Shown here: piece by piece, positions 13,901-27,574 of the stretch | Layout: each line of letters opens with the position of its first letter | How positions within the stretch are numbered: the first letter of the stretch is position 1 | Source: Pristiophorus japonicus | Lineage: Eukaryota | Assembly: GCF_044704955.1 (NCBI RefSeq) | Contig: NC_091989.1 | Location: 104,842,001 to 104,906,000 of the forward strand | Direction of reading: 5' to 3' | Length of the DNA stretch: 64,000 nt | Translations under genes and position numbers: made by a program | The notes under the pieces: generated by a model | Databases searched by the model: none | The model's input: only the letters and a program-made list of their open reading frames with translations | What the model was told of the DNA's origin: nothing

Positions 13901-14158
13901 ATGAAAGGGTATAATTACACTTAACTTGAATCAACTTAAATGTCAACAAGGTGATGCACACCATTGATGTATGACCTGAACACCCAGCAGTGTGTCAGCT
14001 TTGTAAATGCCACCAACGTTCTTTCAAGCAAAGCGCTCATTCATGAGCTCCTGACGTAAGAGTCTTGCAGTTATGATGCCACCATGGGCCCTTTCATGTG
14101 GTCTACAGGAGGGCGGGGGCATGGCTTCAGCATGTAAAAATATTAGAAAATCTAGCCC
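10947..14158 (-). mobile_element. Internally deleted Harbinger in opposite orientation; Myb gene retained on + (about 11390-13560), transposase lost except its C-terminus
   Basis: TIRs gggctagactttc / gaaaatctagccc; 3-bp flanks cat/tat; left end aligns with the reverse complement of about 7450-7692; about 14025-14095 minus encodes GGIITARLLRQELMNERFA*, matching the end of the copy-1 transposase. Confidence 0.88.
11896..12260 (-). mobile_element. CR1 3' fragment inserted in the Myb gene intron
   Basis: (ataagaac)x3 tail and CR1 3' end sequence. Confidence 0.85.
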
Positions 14159-16206
14159 TATGTCCCCTAGTTTTAGTTTCCCCTATGAGTCGAAATATCT
14201 TCTCTGCATCTACCTTGTCGAGCCCCCTCATTATCATTTATGTTTCAATAAGATCACCTCTCATTCTTCTGAACTCCAATGAGTATAGGCTCAAACTATT
14301 CAACCTATCTTCATAAGTCAACCCCCTCTTCTCCAGAATCAACCTAGTGAACCTATTCTGAACAGCCTCCACTGCAAGTTTATCCTTCCTTAAATACGGA
14401 GACCAAAACTGGACGAAGTACTCTCGGTATGGCCTCGCCACTTTAGCAGGACTTCTCAGCTTTTACACTCTATCCCCCTTGCAATAAAGGCCAACATTCT
14501 ATTTGCCTTCCTGTTTAATTGCTGTACCTGCATACTAACCTTTTGCATTTCATGCACAAGGACACCCAGTCCCTCTGTACTGCAACACTTTTCAATTTTT
14601 CTTCCTTTAAATTATAATTTGCTTTTCTATTTTTTCTGCTAAAGTGGATAACCTCACATTTTCCCACATTATACTCCATCTGCTAAATTTTTGCCCACTC
14701 ACTTAGCCTGTCTATATCCCGTTGCAGATTTTTGTGTCCTCCTCACAATTTGCTTTCCCACCCATCTTTGTATCATCAGCCAACTTGATTACATTACACT
14801 CGGTCCCTTCATCCAAGTCATTAATACGGATTGTAAATAGTTGAGGCCCCAGCACCAATCCCTGCAGCACCCCACTAGTTACTGTTTGCCAACCAGAAAA
14901 TGACCCATTTATCCCAACTCACTGTTTTCTGTTAGTTAGCCAATCCTCTATCTATGCTAATATATTACCCCCAACCCCGTGAACTTTTATCTTGTGCAGT
15001 AAACTTTTATGTGGCACCTTATTGAATGCTTTCTGGAAATCCAAGTACACCACATCCACTGGTTCCCCCTTATTCACCCTGCTCATTACATCTCAAATAA
15101 CTCCAGCAAATTTGTCAAACATGATTTCTCTTTCATAAAACTATGCTGACTCTGCTTGATTGAATTATGCTTTTCCAAATGTCCTGCTACTGCTTCCTTA
15201 ATAATGGATTCCAGCATTTTCCCAATGAGAGATGTTAGGCTAACTGGTCTATGGTTTTCTGCTTTCTGGCTGCCTCCTTTTTTTAAATAGGGGCATTACA
15301 TTTGCAGTTTTCCAATCTGCTGGGACCTCCCAGAATCCAGGGAATTTTGGTAGATTACAAGCAATGCATCCACTATCTCTGCAGCCACTTCTTTTAAGAC
15401 ACTAGGATGTAAGCAATAATGTCCAGGGGACTTGTCCGCCTTTAGTCACATGATTTTACCGAATACTACTTCTTTAGTGATGGTGATTGCATTAAGTTCC
15501 CCCCCCCCCCCCCCACCTCTTGATTATTCACTATTGGGATGTTTTTAGTGTCTTCTACCATGAAGACGGATACAAAATATTTGTTCAACGTCTCTGCCAT
15601 TTCCCTGTTCCCCATTATTAACTCCCCAGTCTCATCTTCTGGGGAACCAACATTTACTATAGCCACTCTTTGCCTTTTTATGTACCTGTAGAAACTCTTA
15701 TATTTCGTGCTATTTACTTTCATAATCTATCTTCTCTCTCTTTATTATTTTTTTAGTCATTCTTTGCTGGCTTTTAAATGTTTCCCAATCCTCTAGCCTC
15801 CCACTAGATTTGGCCACATTGTATGCATTTGTTTTCAATTTGATACCATCCCTTATTTCCTTAGTTAGCCACAGATGGCTCTTACAGTCTTTCCATGTCA
15901 CACAGAATTCATTACTGAGCTTGGCTTTACAAAATTATGATAAGAAATTATACATGCTGCATACCTTTATCTTATTGATTAATATTTTGGCCATTTAGTT
16001 CTAAATGAAGCTGTATCAGCAGTTACAAAAAGAGTTAATATAACAATGGTTCAATTTACCATGATGCTTTACTTCTCAGTTTTTACCATGGGTAACTAAG
16101 CTTACACACATTTTACTTACTTTTATCATATAACAGTTAAACAAAAGCATTATTAAAACACTATCCCAACATGCAGGTAAATTTTATCTTACAACAGGTC
16201 ATGCTA

Positions 16207-16660
16207 CATAAGAACATAAGAACATAAGAATTAACAGCAGGTGTGGCCATTTGGCCCCTCGAGCCTGCTCCGCCATTCAATAAGATCATGGCTGATCTGA
16301 TCTTGGCCTCAACTCCACTTCCCTACCCGTTTCCCATAACCTTCACTCCCTTATCATTTAAAAATCTGTCTATCTCCACCTTAAATATATTCAATGACTT
16401 AGCCTCCACAGCTCTCTGGTGTAGAGAATTCCAAAGATTCATGACCCTCTGAGAGAAGAAACTCCTCCTAATTTCCATCTTAAATGAGCGTTCCCTTATT
16501 CTGAAATTATGTCCCCTAGTTCTAGATTCCCCCACACGGGGAAACATCCTCTCTGCATCTACTCTGCAAAGCCCCTTTAGAATCTTATATGTTTCAATTA
16601 AATCCCCTCTCATTCTTCTAAACCCCAATGAGTATAGGCCCAACCTGCTCTACCTCCTCC
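16207..16660 (-). mobile_element. CR1 3' fragment
   Basis: ORF 16323..16643 (RRMRGDLIETYKIL); ataagaac tail. Confidence 0.88.
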
Positions 16661-18798
16661 CGTATGTGTTTGTGTGTGTGCGTGCATGTATTTGNNNNNN
16701 NNNNNNNNNNNNNNNNNNNNNNNNNNNNNNNNNNNNNNNNNNNNNNNNNNNNNNNNNNNNNNNNNNNNNNNNNNNNNNNNNNNNNNNNNNNNNNNNNNNN
16801 NNNNNNNNNNNNNNNNNNNNNNNNNNNNNNNNNNNGCTTGCGTGTGTGTGTCCATGTCTATGTGTGAGTGTATGCATGTGTGTGTGCATATTTATGTGTG
16901 TGTGTGTGTGTGTGTGTGTTTATTTTTGTGTGTATGTATGTGCATGTATCTGCCTGTATATGTGCATGTGTATGTATGTGCATGTGTATGCATTTGTGTG
17001 TATATGTGTGCTGGTATGTGTGTATGANNNNNNNNNNNNNNNNNNNNNNNNNNNNNNNNNNNNNNNNNNNNNNNNNNNNNNNNNNNNNNNNNNNNNNNNN
17101 NNNNNNNNNNNNNNNNNNNNNNNNNNNNNNNNNNNNNNNNNNNNNNNNNNNNNNNNNATGTGTCTGTGAGTTTACATGTGTGTGTTACTGTGTATGTTTG
17201 TGTGTACTCGGAATTCCTTCATGGCAAACGAGCCAAAGGTCGGCAATGGAAACGTTACAAGGACACCCTCAAAGCATCCCTGATAAAGTGTGACGTCCCC
17301 ATTGACATCTGGGTTTCCCTGGCCAAAGACCACCCTAAGTGGAGGAAGTGCATCCAAGAGAGCGCTGAGCACCTCAATTCTCATCGCCGAGAGCATGCAG
17401 AAATCAAGCGCAGCCAGCAGAAAGAGCCTGGGCAAACTTGTGACAGAGTCTGTGGCTCTCGTATTGGACTGTTTAGCCACCAAATAATTCACTTTAAGAG
17501 CGAAAGAGCGATTCCAAGGGACTGCCTATGAATGAAGTGAATTGTGTTTATGTTTGTGTGTATGTGTGTGCATGTATCTGCATGTATGAATGTGTGTTAA
17601 TGTGTGTATGTATTTGTGTGTATTTGTGTGTATGTATGTACATGTATGTGCATGTGTGTGTGCATATGCGTATGTTTGTGCATGTGTATGTGTCTGCATG
17701 TGTGTATGAATGTGTGGGTGTTTGCGTGTTTGTGTGTGTATGTATGGATGAGTGGGTGTGTATGTTTGTGGTTATGTGTGTGTGCATGTGAATGTGTNNN
17801 NNNNNNNNNNNNNNNNNNNNNNNNNNNNNNNNNNNNNNNNNNNNNNNNNNNNNNNNNNNNNNNNNNNNNNNNNNNNNNNNNNNNNNNNNNNNNNNNNNNN
17901 NNNNNNNNNNNNNNNNNNNNNNNNNNNNNNNNNNNNNNNNNNNNNNNNNNNNNNNNNNNNNNNNNNNNNNNNNNNNNGTAAGTGTGTGTGTGCACATGTG
18001 TGTAAGCATATATGTGTGTGCATGTGTTGATGTGTGCATGTATATTTGTCTGCGTGTGTGTATTTATGTGTTGGTATGTTTGTGTGTGAATGTGTGTGTT
18101 TATGTGTGTGGCATGTGTTTGTTGTGTATGTTTGTGTGTATGTGCGCATGTGTGTATGTGTGTCATGTNNNNNNNNNNNNNNNNNNNNNNNNNNNNNNNN
18201 NNNNNNNNNNNNNNNNNNNNNNNNNNNNNNNNNNNNNNNNNNNNNNNNNNNNNNNNNNNNNNNNNNNNNNNNNNNNNNNNNNNNNNNNNNNNNNNNNNNN
18301 NNNNNNNNNTGAGTGTGTTTATGTGTTTATGTGTGTGTGTGCATGTATCAGCATGTGTATATGTGTGTGCATTGGTGTGTGTTGTTTCTCTGAGTATGTG
18401 TGTTTGTGTGTGTATATGTAAGGGTCTGTGTGTATGTGTGTTTATGTGCATGTATGTGGGTGTGTTTTTGTGTGTGGGTGTGGGTGTATGTGTGTGTTTA
18501 TGAGTGTGTGAGGTTGTGTGTGTGTGCATGCGTGTGTGTTTATGTGTGTGTGCATATATATGTGTCTATGTATGTGTGTATGTTTNNNNNNNNNNNNNNN
18601 NNNNNNNNNNNNNNNNNNNNNNNNNNNNNNNNNNNNNNNNNNNNNNNNNNNNNNNNNNNNNNNNNNNNNNNNNNNNNNNNNNNNNNNNNNNNNNNNNNNN
18701 NNNNNNNNNNNNNNNNNNNNNNNNNNNNNNNNNNNNNNNNNNNNNNNNNNNNNNNNNNNNNNNNNNNNNNNNNNNNNNNNNNNNNNNNNNNNNNNNNN
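16661..18798. repeat. Degenerate (TG)n/(TGTA)n low-complexity array with five N runs
   Basis: Seen directly; N blocks at about 16695-16835, 17028-17157, 17798-17977, 18169-18309 and 18586-18798. Confidence 0.95.
17207..17535 (+). mobile_element. RTE-type LINE 3' fragment embedded in the TG array
   Basis: HGKRAKGRQWKRYKDTLKASL matches the RTE C-terminus seen at about 39800-39880 (QGRPRKRYKDCIKANL). Confidence 0.8.
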
Positions 18799-20347
18799 TC
18801 TCGTTCACCCATCACCTCTTTGCTCACTGACTTACTTTGTCTCCTGGTCTGCCAATACCACAAATTTAAAATTCCCATCCTAGTGTTAAAAGCCCTTGAT
18901 GGCCTTGTCCCTCCTCATCTCTGTAACCTACTCTAGCCCTACAAACCTCCAAGGTCTCTGTGCTTCACCAAATCTGGCCTCTTGGGCATCCCCGATTTTC
19001 ATCCCTCTGCCATTGGTGGCCGTGCCTTCAGCTGCCGAGGCTCTGGAGTTTCCTACCTAAACCTCTCTGCTTCTATCTCCTCTTTTATGATGCTCCTTCA
19101 AAGCAATCTCTTTGAACAAGCTGTTGGTCACCAGTCTTAATATTGCTTCTGGATCCATGTCAAAATATGTTTGATTATGTTCCTGAGAAGCGCAATGGGA
19201 TATTTTACTGCGTTGAAGTGCTATGGAAATGCAACTTGTTCTTGTTGTGTATGTTTGTTTGTGTCTGTGGGTGTATTTGTGTGTGACTGTGGGTGTATTT
19301 ATTTGTGTCTGTGGGTGTATTTATGTGTGGTTTGCCTCCCCTTTCCAGTTGTTCTGCTCCTTTTTAAATGCTTCCCATCTGTAATTTGTTCCATTCTGAT
19401 GCAGGGTTACACTTGTTCTCTAATACGCGATTGCTGTTGCTTAAGTGCGAACTTTTGCAAGCTTTCTATAAATATAGATCTCACCTTGTAGCTGATTTCT
19501 TAATTTAGCTGCGGATTTATCACAAGTGCACCCGTAGCTCGAGCTGATGAGAAACTACAATGACTGGGAGCATCAAACTGCGCGGCGATGCTGCCAGTGA
19601 CATCATGGAAACTTTCTGCGGTTAAAGTTTGTACCCGCCTCGGGACGTGCTGGCGTTATCTCGTTTGACGTTCAAAAGAAATACAGGAAATATAATTTAA
19701 GCAATTTATTTGAAATCCCGCATCTGTCAACCAAACGTTTGTAAAATTATTTTCTGCGAAGTCTGTGTTTAGCAATTCCCCGGCCTGCTAATTTGAAAAC
19801 TGAAATTATCTCGCTGTCAGCTAAATGCCTATGTTAAATATGTTAACGTTAGGTATGTGCAATCTTTCTGTGAGAACGCGGTGTAGTGAACCATTTATGT
19901 TTATTTGGCGGTAATCACTATAAAATTGATAAGATTAGGAACAATATGCCGCCCTCTCAAAGTGAAATAGAATACATCAAGTGAAGGACCACTTGGAAAA
20001 ATTAACGATTATTTTCAGCTGTAATAGGAGTAGTTATGTTCAGAAAGCTCTCAGTGTGCGCAGTGTCATCCAATATATTCGATTATATTTGAATTGAGAG
20101 ATGGCCTTTTTATAGAAGAAATTTGCAGATGATACCAAGATCTGTGCCAGTGTTAGCACTGTCGAAGATGCTCGTCAGCTTCAGGCAAATCTTAATGTGT
20201 TGGGAGATTGGGCTCAAGACTGGAAAAGTATGTTTAACTTAAATAAGTGCGGTGTTATGCATGTGGGTATGCCAGATGCTCAACGTTCATATACCCTTCA
20301 GGGAAATGCATTAAAGATGGTGGAGCTAGAAAGAAAAAGAAGAACAT

Positions 20348-20570
20348 AAAGAACTTGTATTTATAAAGCACAGTTCACGACTTCTTGAGGTCCCAAAATG
20401 CTTTAAAGCGAATTAAGTACTTTGGATGTGTAGTCACTGCTGTAATGTATGAAAAGCAGCAGCCAATTTGCACACATCGAGATCCCACGAACAGCAACAT
20501 TATAATGACCAGATAATCAGTTTTACTGAAGTTGGTTGAGGGATGAATATTGGCTCGGACACAGGCAATA
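20348..20570 (-). mobile_element. Deu-domain SINE fragment; further fragments at about 21800-22210
   Basis: Aligns with 22706-22920 (gtagtcactg...gcagccaatttgcacaca...cagcaa...accagataatc). Confidence 0.7.
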
Positions 20571-22705
20571 TGACGTGAGATTGTGCTTTCAGGAAAGTAT
20601 CCCTCCTTTTCTGCAAAACAAGACAAACAATGGGCCGCTATCAATGAACTCGTATACCATGGCTGGCTGCCACAGTCCGGGAGCTTTCTGAACATAACTA
20701 CTCCTATTACAGCTGAAAATAACCGTCTGGAACTCAAGACCCAAAAGGGGAGCTCCCACACGTGATGAGGCGACACTCCAATTGCAGATCGCAGACACAG
20801 TGTAAGCGCAGTCCTACAGAGTTGGTGGTGCAGCGTAGAGATATAGATAGTGCAGGGCTGCAATTTCTGCAATCAAGGCACGGAAACCGAAGGGAAAGGC
20901 TTTACCAAATTGGTTGTCCCATAAGTATGAATGGGAATCACTTGAAAAATACACAAATACAAGAATTTTATTTTAAAATTACATAATTAAAATTAATTAA
21001 AATGTCATTTAATTAAGTATTTTAAACAAAAATAAAAACATTTTAAAAGAAAATGTATATGTTTTCATGGGGCTAAAAAGAAACTTACCTTATTGGACAT
21101 GGTTTTGAATGTATAAAGGAGTGATAAAATTTTATTTTTCTATTTTCTAAAACTCTTATGCTGGTAAAAGGCTGGCCTTATGCCTGCTTTTACCACGCAT
21201 AATAATTTAAAGGCATTCGCTGGGCAGAAGTTGGGCAAATATTCCAACTCTCTGCCCGTGGAGACCCAATTCTTTCGGATTCGTACGATCTGTCAAGAGG
21301 ATTCTTGGCAGACAGCAAGTTCCAGGTTTCAGCGCATGCGCAGTGCATGCCTACACCCAGAAATTGTGGGGACCCTATGGGTGAATGCGGACCATGTATG
21401 CACCTGCAGGGGCTGCAAATTTAACTGCAAGGGACATTTGTAAAGCAGAATTCAACACAGCAGTAACTTTACACTCCATGCATTGTCAAACTGAAGTGGT
21501 GTAAGACTATTACCTCCAAGAGATCGCACTGTTCATCCATTATTCTGGATTTTAGTGGGGGCCTGGCTCTAGATTTACATTGGGAAGTGGAAATAGCGTT
21601 CCATAGAAAATAACCTTTGCAGTTTAATGCGGTAACACTAACCATTACCTTATGACTGACCCATCATAATAATATGTGTAACATTTAACTCTCTAACTTC
21701 CAGGAATGTTTGGTAAATTCCAAATTACCATCAAGTTTGCAGGTTTTCAGATATGCCACTGTGATTGCATTCATGCACTAGCTTATTACCTCACTCATGA
21801 AATGTCCCAAAGTGTCTCACTTTTGAAATAGGCAAACCTGGAAACAAATTTGCACACAGCAAGAACCCACTAACAGCAGTAGAAAGAAACAATGTGCAAC
21901 TATACAGCACTTTTCACAACCTGAGATGTACCAAAAGCTGCACAACCAAGGAAGTATTTTTGAAGTATTGTCACTGCTGTAATGTAGAGAAAGACGGCAG
22001 ACAATTAGCGAACTGAAAGATCCCTCAAATAGTAATGAAATAAAAGATTGGACCATCTGCATTTAGTGGTGTTGGTTGTGGGAAGAATGTTGGCCAGGAC
22101 TCCAGGAAAACTCTATATGGAATGGGATATGTTCATCCACCTGAACAGAGACTGAGGTCCATGGTTCATTTTCTCATGGTAAGAAGAACACCTCCACGAT
22201 TGGATGGCTTCATCAGTATTTTGGAATAAAACTTCTCAGGAATTACATTATTGCTGCAATATCAACCCTAAATTATCAAAATAATCACTGAAATTAAAAT
22301 AAAAAGTGAAACTCTCTCATTATGATCACTGTGATCCATTTCCCTATCCTGATTTTTTTAATGTATTTTTAATTTTAAATGATCCCTCTCAGATTGTGTT
22401 AAAACTGTGAGCAACTTGCCCAAGTAATCTTCTTGGGATTTAAAAACCTAGCAATGTAGAGGAAAGGAAGAGAACATTGAGTTGCCACTATCTACCCCTT
22501 ATAACACTCAATCCTTCCACTCACCAAAAAACCATTCACTGTTGTTGTGCTTCTTATAGATAGGTCCGATCTAATGCTTCACAGAACAGAAAAATGCCCA
22601 ACCTTTCATTTATGGCAGCGGCAGTTAAGATGGTGGTGTTTGTGTTGCACATCAAGATCATTGAAAAATACCCATTGCGTATGAGGGTGAAATGGCACCA
22701 TTTGA

Positions 22706-23147
22706 AGAAAATAAAGAATGTTTATATAGCGCATTTCATGACCTCGGATCATCCCAAAACACTTTACAGCCAATTAAGTACTTTTTGAAGTGTAGTCACT
22801 GTTATAATTCAGGAAGTGGACAACAGTTTGTGCATAGCAAGTTCCCACAAACAGCAATATGATAATTACCAGATAATCTGATTTTTTGTGATGTTGGTTG
22901 AGGGATAAATATTGGGAAGGAAACCGAGAAGAACTCCCCTGCTCTTCTTCCAATAGACCCGTGGGATCCTTTAAACACACCTGACAGGGCAGAGGTGCCT
23001 CGGTTTAATGTCTCATGCAAGACAGAGCAAATCCCTTCATTGAAGTGTCAGCCTGGATTATGAGTTGAAAACTCAGGAGTTGGACTTAAACCGACCACCT
23101 TCTGACTCACAGGGGAGAGTGCTACAACTGAGCCAAGCCTGACACCT
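22706..23147 (-). mobile_element. Full-length tRNA-derived Deu-domain SINE (SacSINE1/AmnSINE-like)
   Basis: Minus-strand tRNA-like head ggtgtcaggcttggctcagttgtagc...ggtttaagtcc (A and B boxes), central Deu-like domain, L2-like tail. Confidence 0.75.
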
Positions 23148-23202
23148 TTGTGTTACAGCCATCATTTAAATCTAAATTATATCCAACTTGAGCTGCTAAT
23201 GT

Positions 23203-24622
23203 GATACCTTTGTTTAAGAAGGGAGAAAGGGAAAGAACGAGTAATTACAGGCCTGTCAGCCTAACCTCAGTGGTGGGAAAAGTATTAGAAAAATCCTGAA
23301 GGACAGGATAAATCTTCACTTAGAAAGACACGGATTGATCAGGGACAGTCAGTACAGATTTGTCAAGGGAAGCTCGTGTCTGACTAAATTGATTGAATTT
23401 TTCGAGGCGGTAACCAGGAGGATCGATGAAGGCAAAGCATATGATGTAGTGTATATGGATTTTTGCAAAGCTTTTGATAAGGTCCCACATGGCAGACTGG
23501 TCACAAAAGTAAGAACCCATGGAATCCAGGGCAAAGTGGCAATATTGGTCCAAAATTGGCTCAGAGGCAGGAAGCAAAGGGTAATGGTTGATGGATGTTT
23601 TGGCGACTGGAAGGATGTTTCCAGTGGGGTTCCGCAGGGCTCAGTGCTGGGTTCCTTGCTTTTTGTGATTTACATCAATGATCAAGACTTGAATATAGGG
23701 AGTATGATTAAGAAATTTGCAGATGATACTAAAATCGGCTGTGTGGTTGATAATGAAGAAGAAAGCTGCAGACTGCAGGAAGATATCAATCAACTGGTCA
23801 GGTTGGCAGAACAGTGGCAAATGGAATTTAATCCAAAGAAGTGTGACGTAATGCATTTTGGGAGGGCTGACAAGAAAAGGGAATACACATTAAATGGTAG
23901 GATACTGAGAAGTCTGAGGAACAAGGGACCTTGGAATGCATGTCCACAGATCCCTGAAAGTAGCAGGCCAGGTAGATAAGGCAGTTAAGAAGGCATACAG
24001 AATGCTTGTCTTTATTAGCTGAGGCATAGAATGCCAGAGCAGGGGAGCTATGCTTGAACTGTATAAAACACTGGTTAAGCCACAACTGGAGTACTGCATG
24101 CAGTTTTGGTCACCACATTACAGGAAGGATGCACTGGAGAGGTCACAGATGAGATTTACGAGGATGTTGCTGGGAGTGGAGAATCTAAGCAATGAGGAAA
24201 GATTAGATAGGCTGCATTTGTTTTCATTGGAACAGAGGAGGCTGAGGGGAGACCTCATTGAGGTGTATAAAATTATGAGGGGCCTAGATATAGTGGATAG
24301 AAACGGCCTATTTCCCTCAGCAGAGGGGTCAACAATCAGGGGGCATAAATTTAAAGTAATTGGTAGAAGGTTTAGAGGTGATTTGAGGGAAAATTTCTTC
24401 ACGCAGAGGGTTGTATGAAGTCTGGAGCTCACTGCCTGAAAGAGTGTTCGAGGCAGAACTGTCACAAAATTTAAAAAGTACTTGGATGTGCACCTGAAGT
24501 GCCGTAACCTGCAGGATTACAGACCAAGAGATGGAAAGTGAGATTTGGCTGGATAGCCTTTTGTTGGCCGGCATGGAAACGACATGGCCTCCTGCGGGGC
24601 TGTAAACTTCTATTATTCTATG
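23203..24622 (+). mobile_element. CR1 LINE, 5'-truncated
   Basis: ORF 23335..23979 contains [10 protein letters not shown] and KFADDTK. Confidence 0.92.
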
Positions 24623-25759
24623 ATTAATTATAATCATCAGCAGAGCAGGTCTCCAGTCATCTGCATTAATGCTTACCATTGGACCAAGACCTAGCTCTGT
24701 CAAGCCCGTGTGGTGGCTGGTGCGCAACGGCTACCACACGTTAAAAAAATCCACTCACAGGCATCTTCCACCCTACATTATGTAGTTCAGCACCTGGAAT
24801 ATTAGGTCCTTCATTGCAACACTTGTGAACTCATCCTTTTTTGGTGTGGAAGCAAGTCATCCTGGTTTCGAGGGACTGACTATCATGATGATGTCAGCTG
24901 AATGAATGCACTAGCATCAAAGATTGCAGCTGTTGCTGTTGTTGCTTCTCTCCCGGTTCTGAGTTTACACAGGTGATGCCGACGAGTCGGGGGCCGAGCT
25001 GTAACATCCCTTGTAATGGAAAGTGTCATCTGACAGGCTCACATGCTTAAACCTTGCCGATCACTTCAGCAACTATGCATCGAAAAATATCAAAATGATG
25101 GATAATGGTGAAATATGGGACACAAATGTTTAACTTATAAGGGCAAAGGTTTTGTGAAAAATAAAAAGTTGTTAAAATTAACACATGCAACCCAACCGGT
25201 AATACAGAAAGCGTTCAAGCCAGCCCATACACCACAACCCTTTCGAGTTTACCTTCTAAAAAATGCCATGGCATTAAATTGATAATTTGCTAAAACTAAC
25301 GCATTGAGGAAAATATCGGTATGATTATCTTCGTGTTGTTTTGGCTATTCGTATAGCGCCGCTCTACTCCCGATAACGCTCGCCCTGGCGGACCTGGAAC
25401 CAAGGGCTACACTTGGAGTGCCCAACCTTTCCGCCTCCCGGACTGGGTGATTGGTCTTCCGAACGCTGCTTGTGTGCGTGATTTGTGCATGCGCAGTACC
25501 CTGGCTGTCCCACTTTGCAGCCAATTCGCGTTGTCTGGGTCCTGCAGGTCACTCCGCTATTGGGAAACACTGCTTCATTGGTGGTTATGAGGATAGCGGC
25601 ATTGGAACCAATGAAAATCACTTTGAAAGTCCGTGTTTCATCCCGACACATAAACAATGACAGACAGGTAAAGACTACCTGCTCCATCAAGCGATATCTT
25701 GTGTATCACAGCATATACACTCGCCCCCCCCCCCCCCCCCGCCCCACCGAAAAGAATAC

Positions 25760-27110
25760 ATTAAAAAAACAGGCTAATTCTGGGAAATTCCTCTCTGACC
25801 CATCTAGGCTATGGAAACTAGTCCAAATGATCACTCTGGCCCTGAGTTCCCTGCAGTACCCATCTTCTGTAAGAGGTGATCTCCAGCCCAGCCAGAAACA
25901 CATCCAGCTCTCGTTTGAAGGAATTCACGAGTCCGCGACCACCACGAGAGATGGAAGCCTGTTACAGAGGTCCACTACTCTCTGGGAAAGAAAAACTTCC
26001 TGACATCTAACCTAGATCTAGTCGTATACAACTTAAATTTGTGACCCCTGGTCCTGCATAACCTGGATAATTGAAATAAACTGTCAGCTGGAAAATATTC
26101 AATTCTCTTCGTTGTCTTACAAACCTCAATCAGATCCCACCCTAAGTTGATGCTTCTCTAAAGTATAGAGCCCCAACTACTTTAGCCTATCTTGATAACT
26201 ATGACGCGTTAGACTCGGAATTAATCGACTGGCCCTCCTCTGCACCCTTTCCAAAGCCTCAATATCACCCACCATGTGAGGAGACCAAAATTGCACACAG
26301 CATTTCAAATACAGCCTGACTAAGGTCTTGTACAAGGGCAAAGCAGTATGCCTCATCTTATAATCAATTGGCCTATGGGTGCCTCCCAGCACCCTATTTG
26401 CTCCAGCTATCGCTACACGCATGTAGCTTTAAAGATGTGTGCACTCGAATGCCCAAATCTCTTTCTATCTCCACCATCTTTAATGCCTTTCCCTGAGGGG
26501 TGTATGAATGTTGTGCATTTGCCCTGCCCAGATGCAAAATAATGCACTTATCTAAGTTATACATCATTTTCCAGTCTTGAGCCCAATTTCCCAAACACAT
26601 TAAGATCTGCCTGAAGCAGACGAGCATCATCTAGAGTTGTAATGCTCGCATTAGTCTTGGCATCATCTGCAAATCTGCAGGTTGTGACATTCGCTCATTA
26701 ATATAAATAGTAAAGAGCAACAATCCCAACACTGATCCCTGCGAGACACCACTGGCGACCGGTCTCCAAACAGATCCAAATTCATCTATAATTACTTTTT
26801 GCCTACATCCTGCCAGCCAGTTCTGAATCCAGTTCGATATATTACCATCATTACCAGAGGCTTCGATTTGAGAGAAACCTCTTATGTGGTACATTAGCAA
26901 AAGCTTTTTGGAAATCTAAGTAGGCAGTTCTGAATCCAGCTCGATATATTACCATCATTACCAGAGGCTTCGATTTGAGAGAAACCTCTTATGTGGTATC
27001 TTAGCAAAAGCTTTTTGGAAATCTAAGTAGACAGTGTCTACTGGACTTCCCTCATCCATCAACTTGGCAACCACTTCAAAAAATAGAATTGAATTAGTTT
27101 GTGAGCAACT
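25760..27110 (-). mobile_element. Divergent CR1-family LINE with an internal tandem duplication of about 106 bp; related fragment at about 20140-20330 (+)
   Basis: SGVSQGSVLG, VYLDFQKAF, VQFWSPH motifs; 26818-26923 is repeated at 26925-27030. Confidence 0.8.
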
Positions 27111-27111
27111 G

Positions 27112-27362
27112 AAGGGGAGATAGTGAGAGAGCAGCGAAAAACTGGGGGGGAGAGAGAAACAAACTGGGGAAGGATAGAGGAAAAACACAAATTTAGGAGG
27201 GAGGGAGAAACACAAATTGGGGCAGGAAAAACACAAACTGGGAGGGAGAGAAAAAGAAACACAAACTGGGGACGGAGTGAGAGAGAAACACAAACTGGGG
27301 AGGAAGAGAGAAACAAAGTGGTGAGAGAGCGAGAGAGCAGCACAAATTGGAGGGAGGGAGAG
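27112..27362 (+). repeat. Purine-rich minisatellite (gagagagaaacacaaactgggg-like)
   Basis: Repeated aaacacaaa(c/t)tggg cores. Confidence 0.8.
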
Positions 27363-27574
27363 CTCATGTCGGCCTGTGATGTGTGCTGTTGTATAATGTA
27401 TTTTATTATGGGAGTTGGGCAGCTTTGGTGCTGCTTCCTGAGGACAACATTACACCTCCGTGAAGCTGGGCTTCAGTGCGGGCGTGTGGAAGTCAGTGAA
27501 TTGACTTCGTTTTGGTTTTATTTATTGTTTTTATAACTTGCTGTGTATTGTAAAAAGTCATAAAATTGTCTTTC

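Larger units (their letters stand above)
10659..15890 (-). mobile_element. CR1 LINE split by the second Harbinger (pieces 10659-10946 and 14159-15890)
   Basis: (ataagaac)n tail at about 10659; 'cttattctgagac...tatgtcccctag' is continuous across the insertion; RT fragments in ORFs 14238..14441 and 15466..15723. Confidence 0.88.

Noticed and set aside
16610-18936. Many long Val/Cys- or His/Thr-rich ORFs
   Set aside because: Translations of TG/CA low-complexity sequence and N runs
23070-23147. tRNA gene
   Set aside because: Degenerate tRNA-derived head of a SINE
25340-25580. CpG-rich patch with CCAAT and NRF1-like motifs suggesting a promoter
   Set aside because: No linked exon found; it ends in tgggaaacactg, which resembles a hAT-type TIR, so it is probably a transposon remnant
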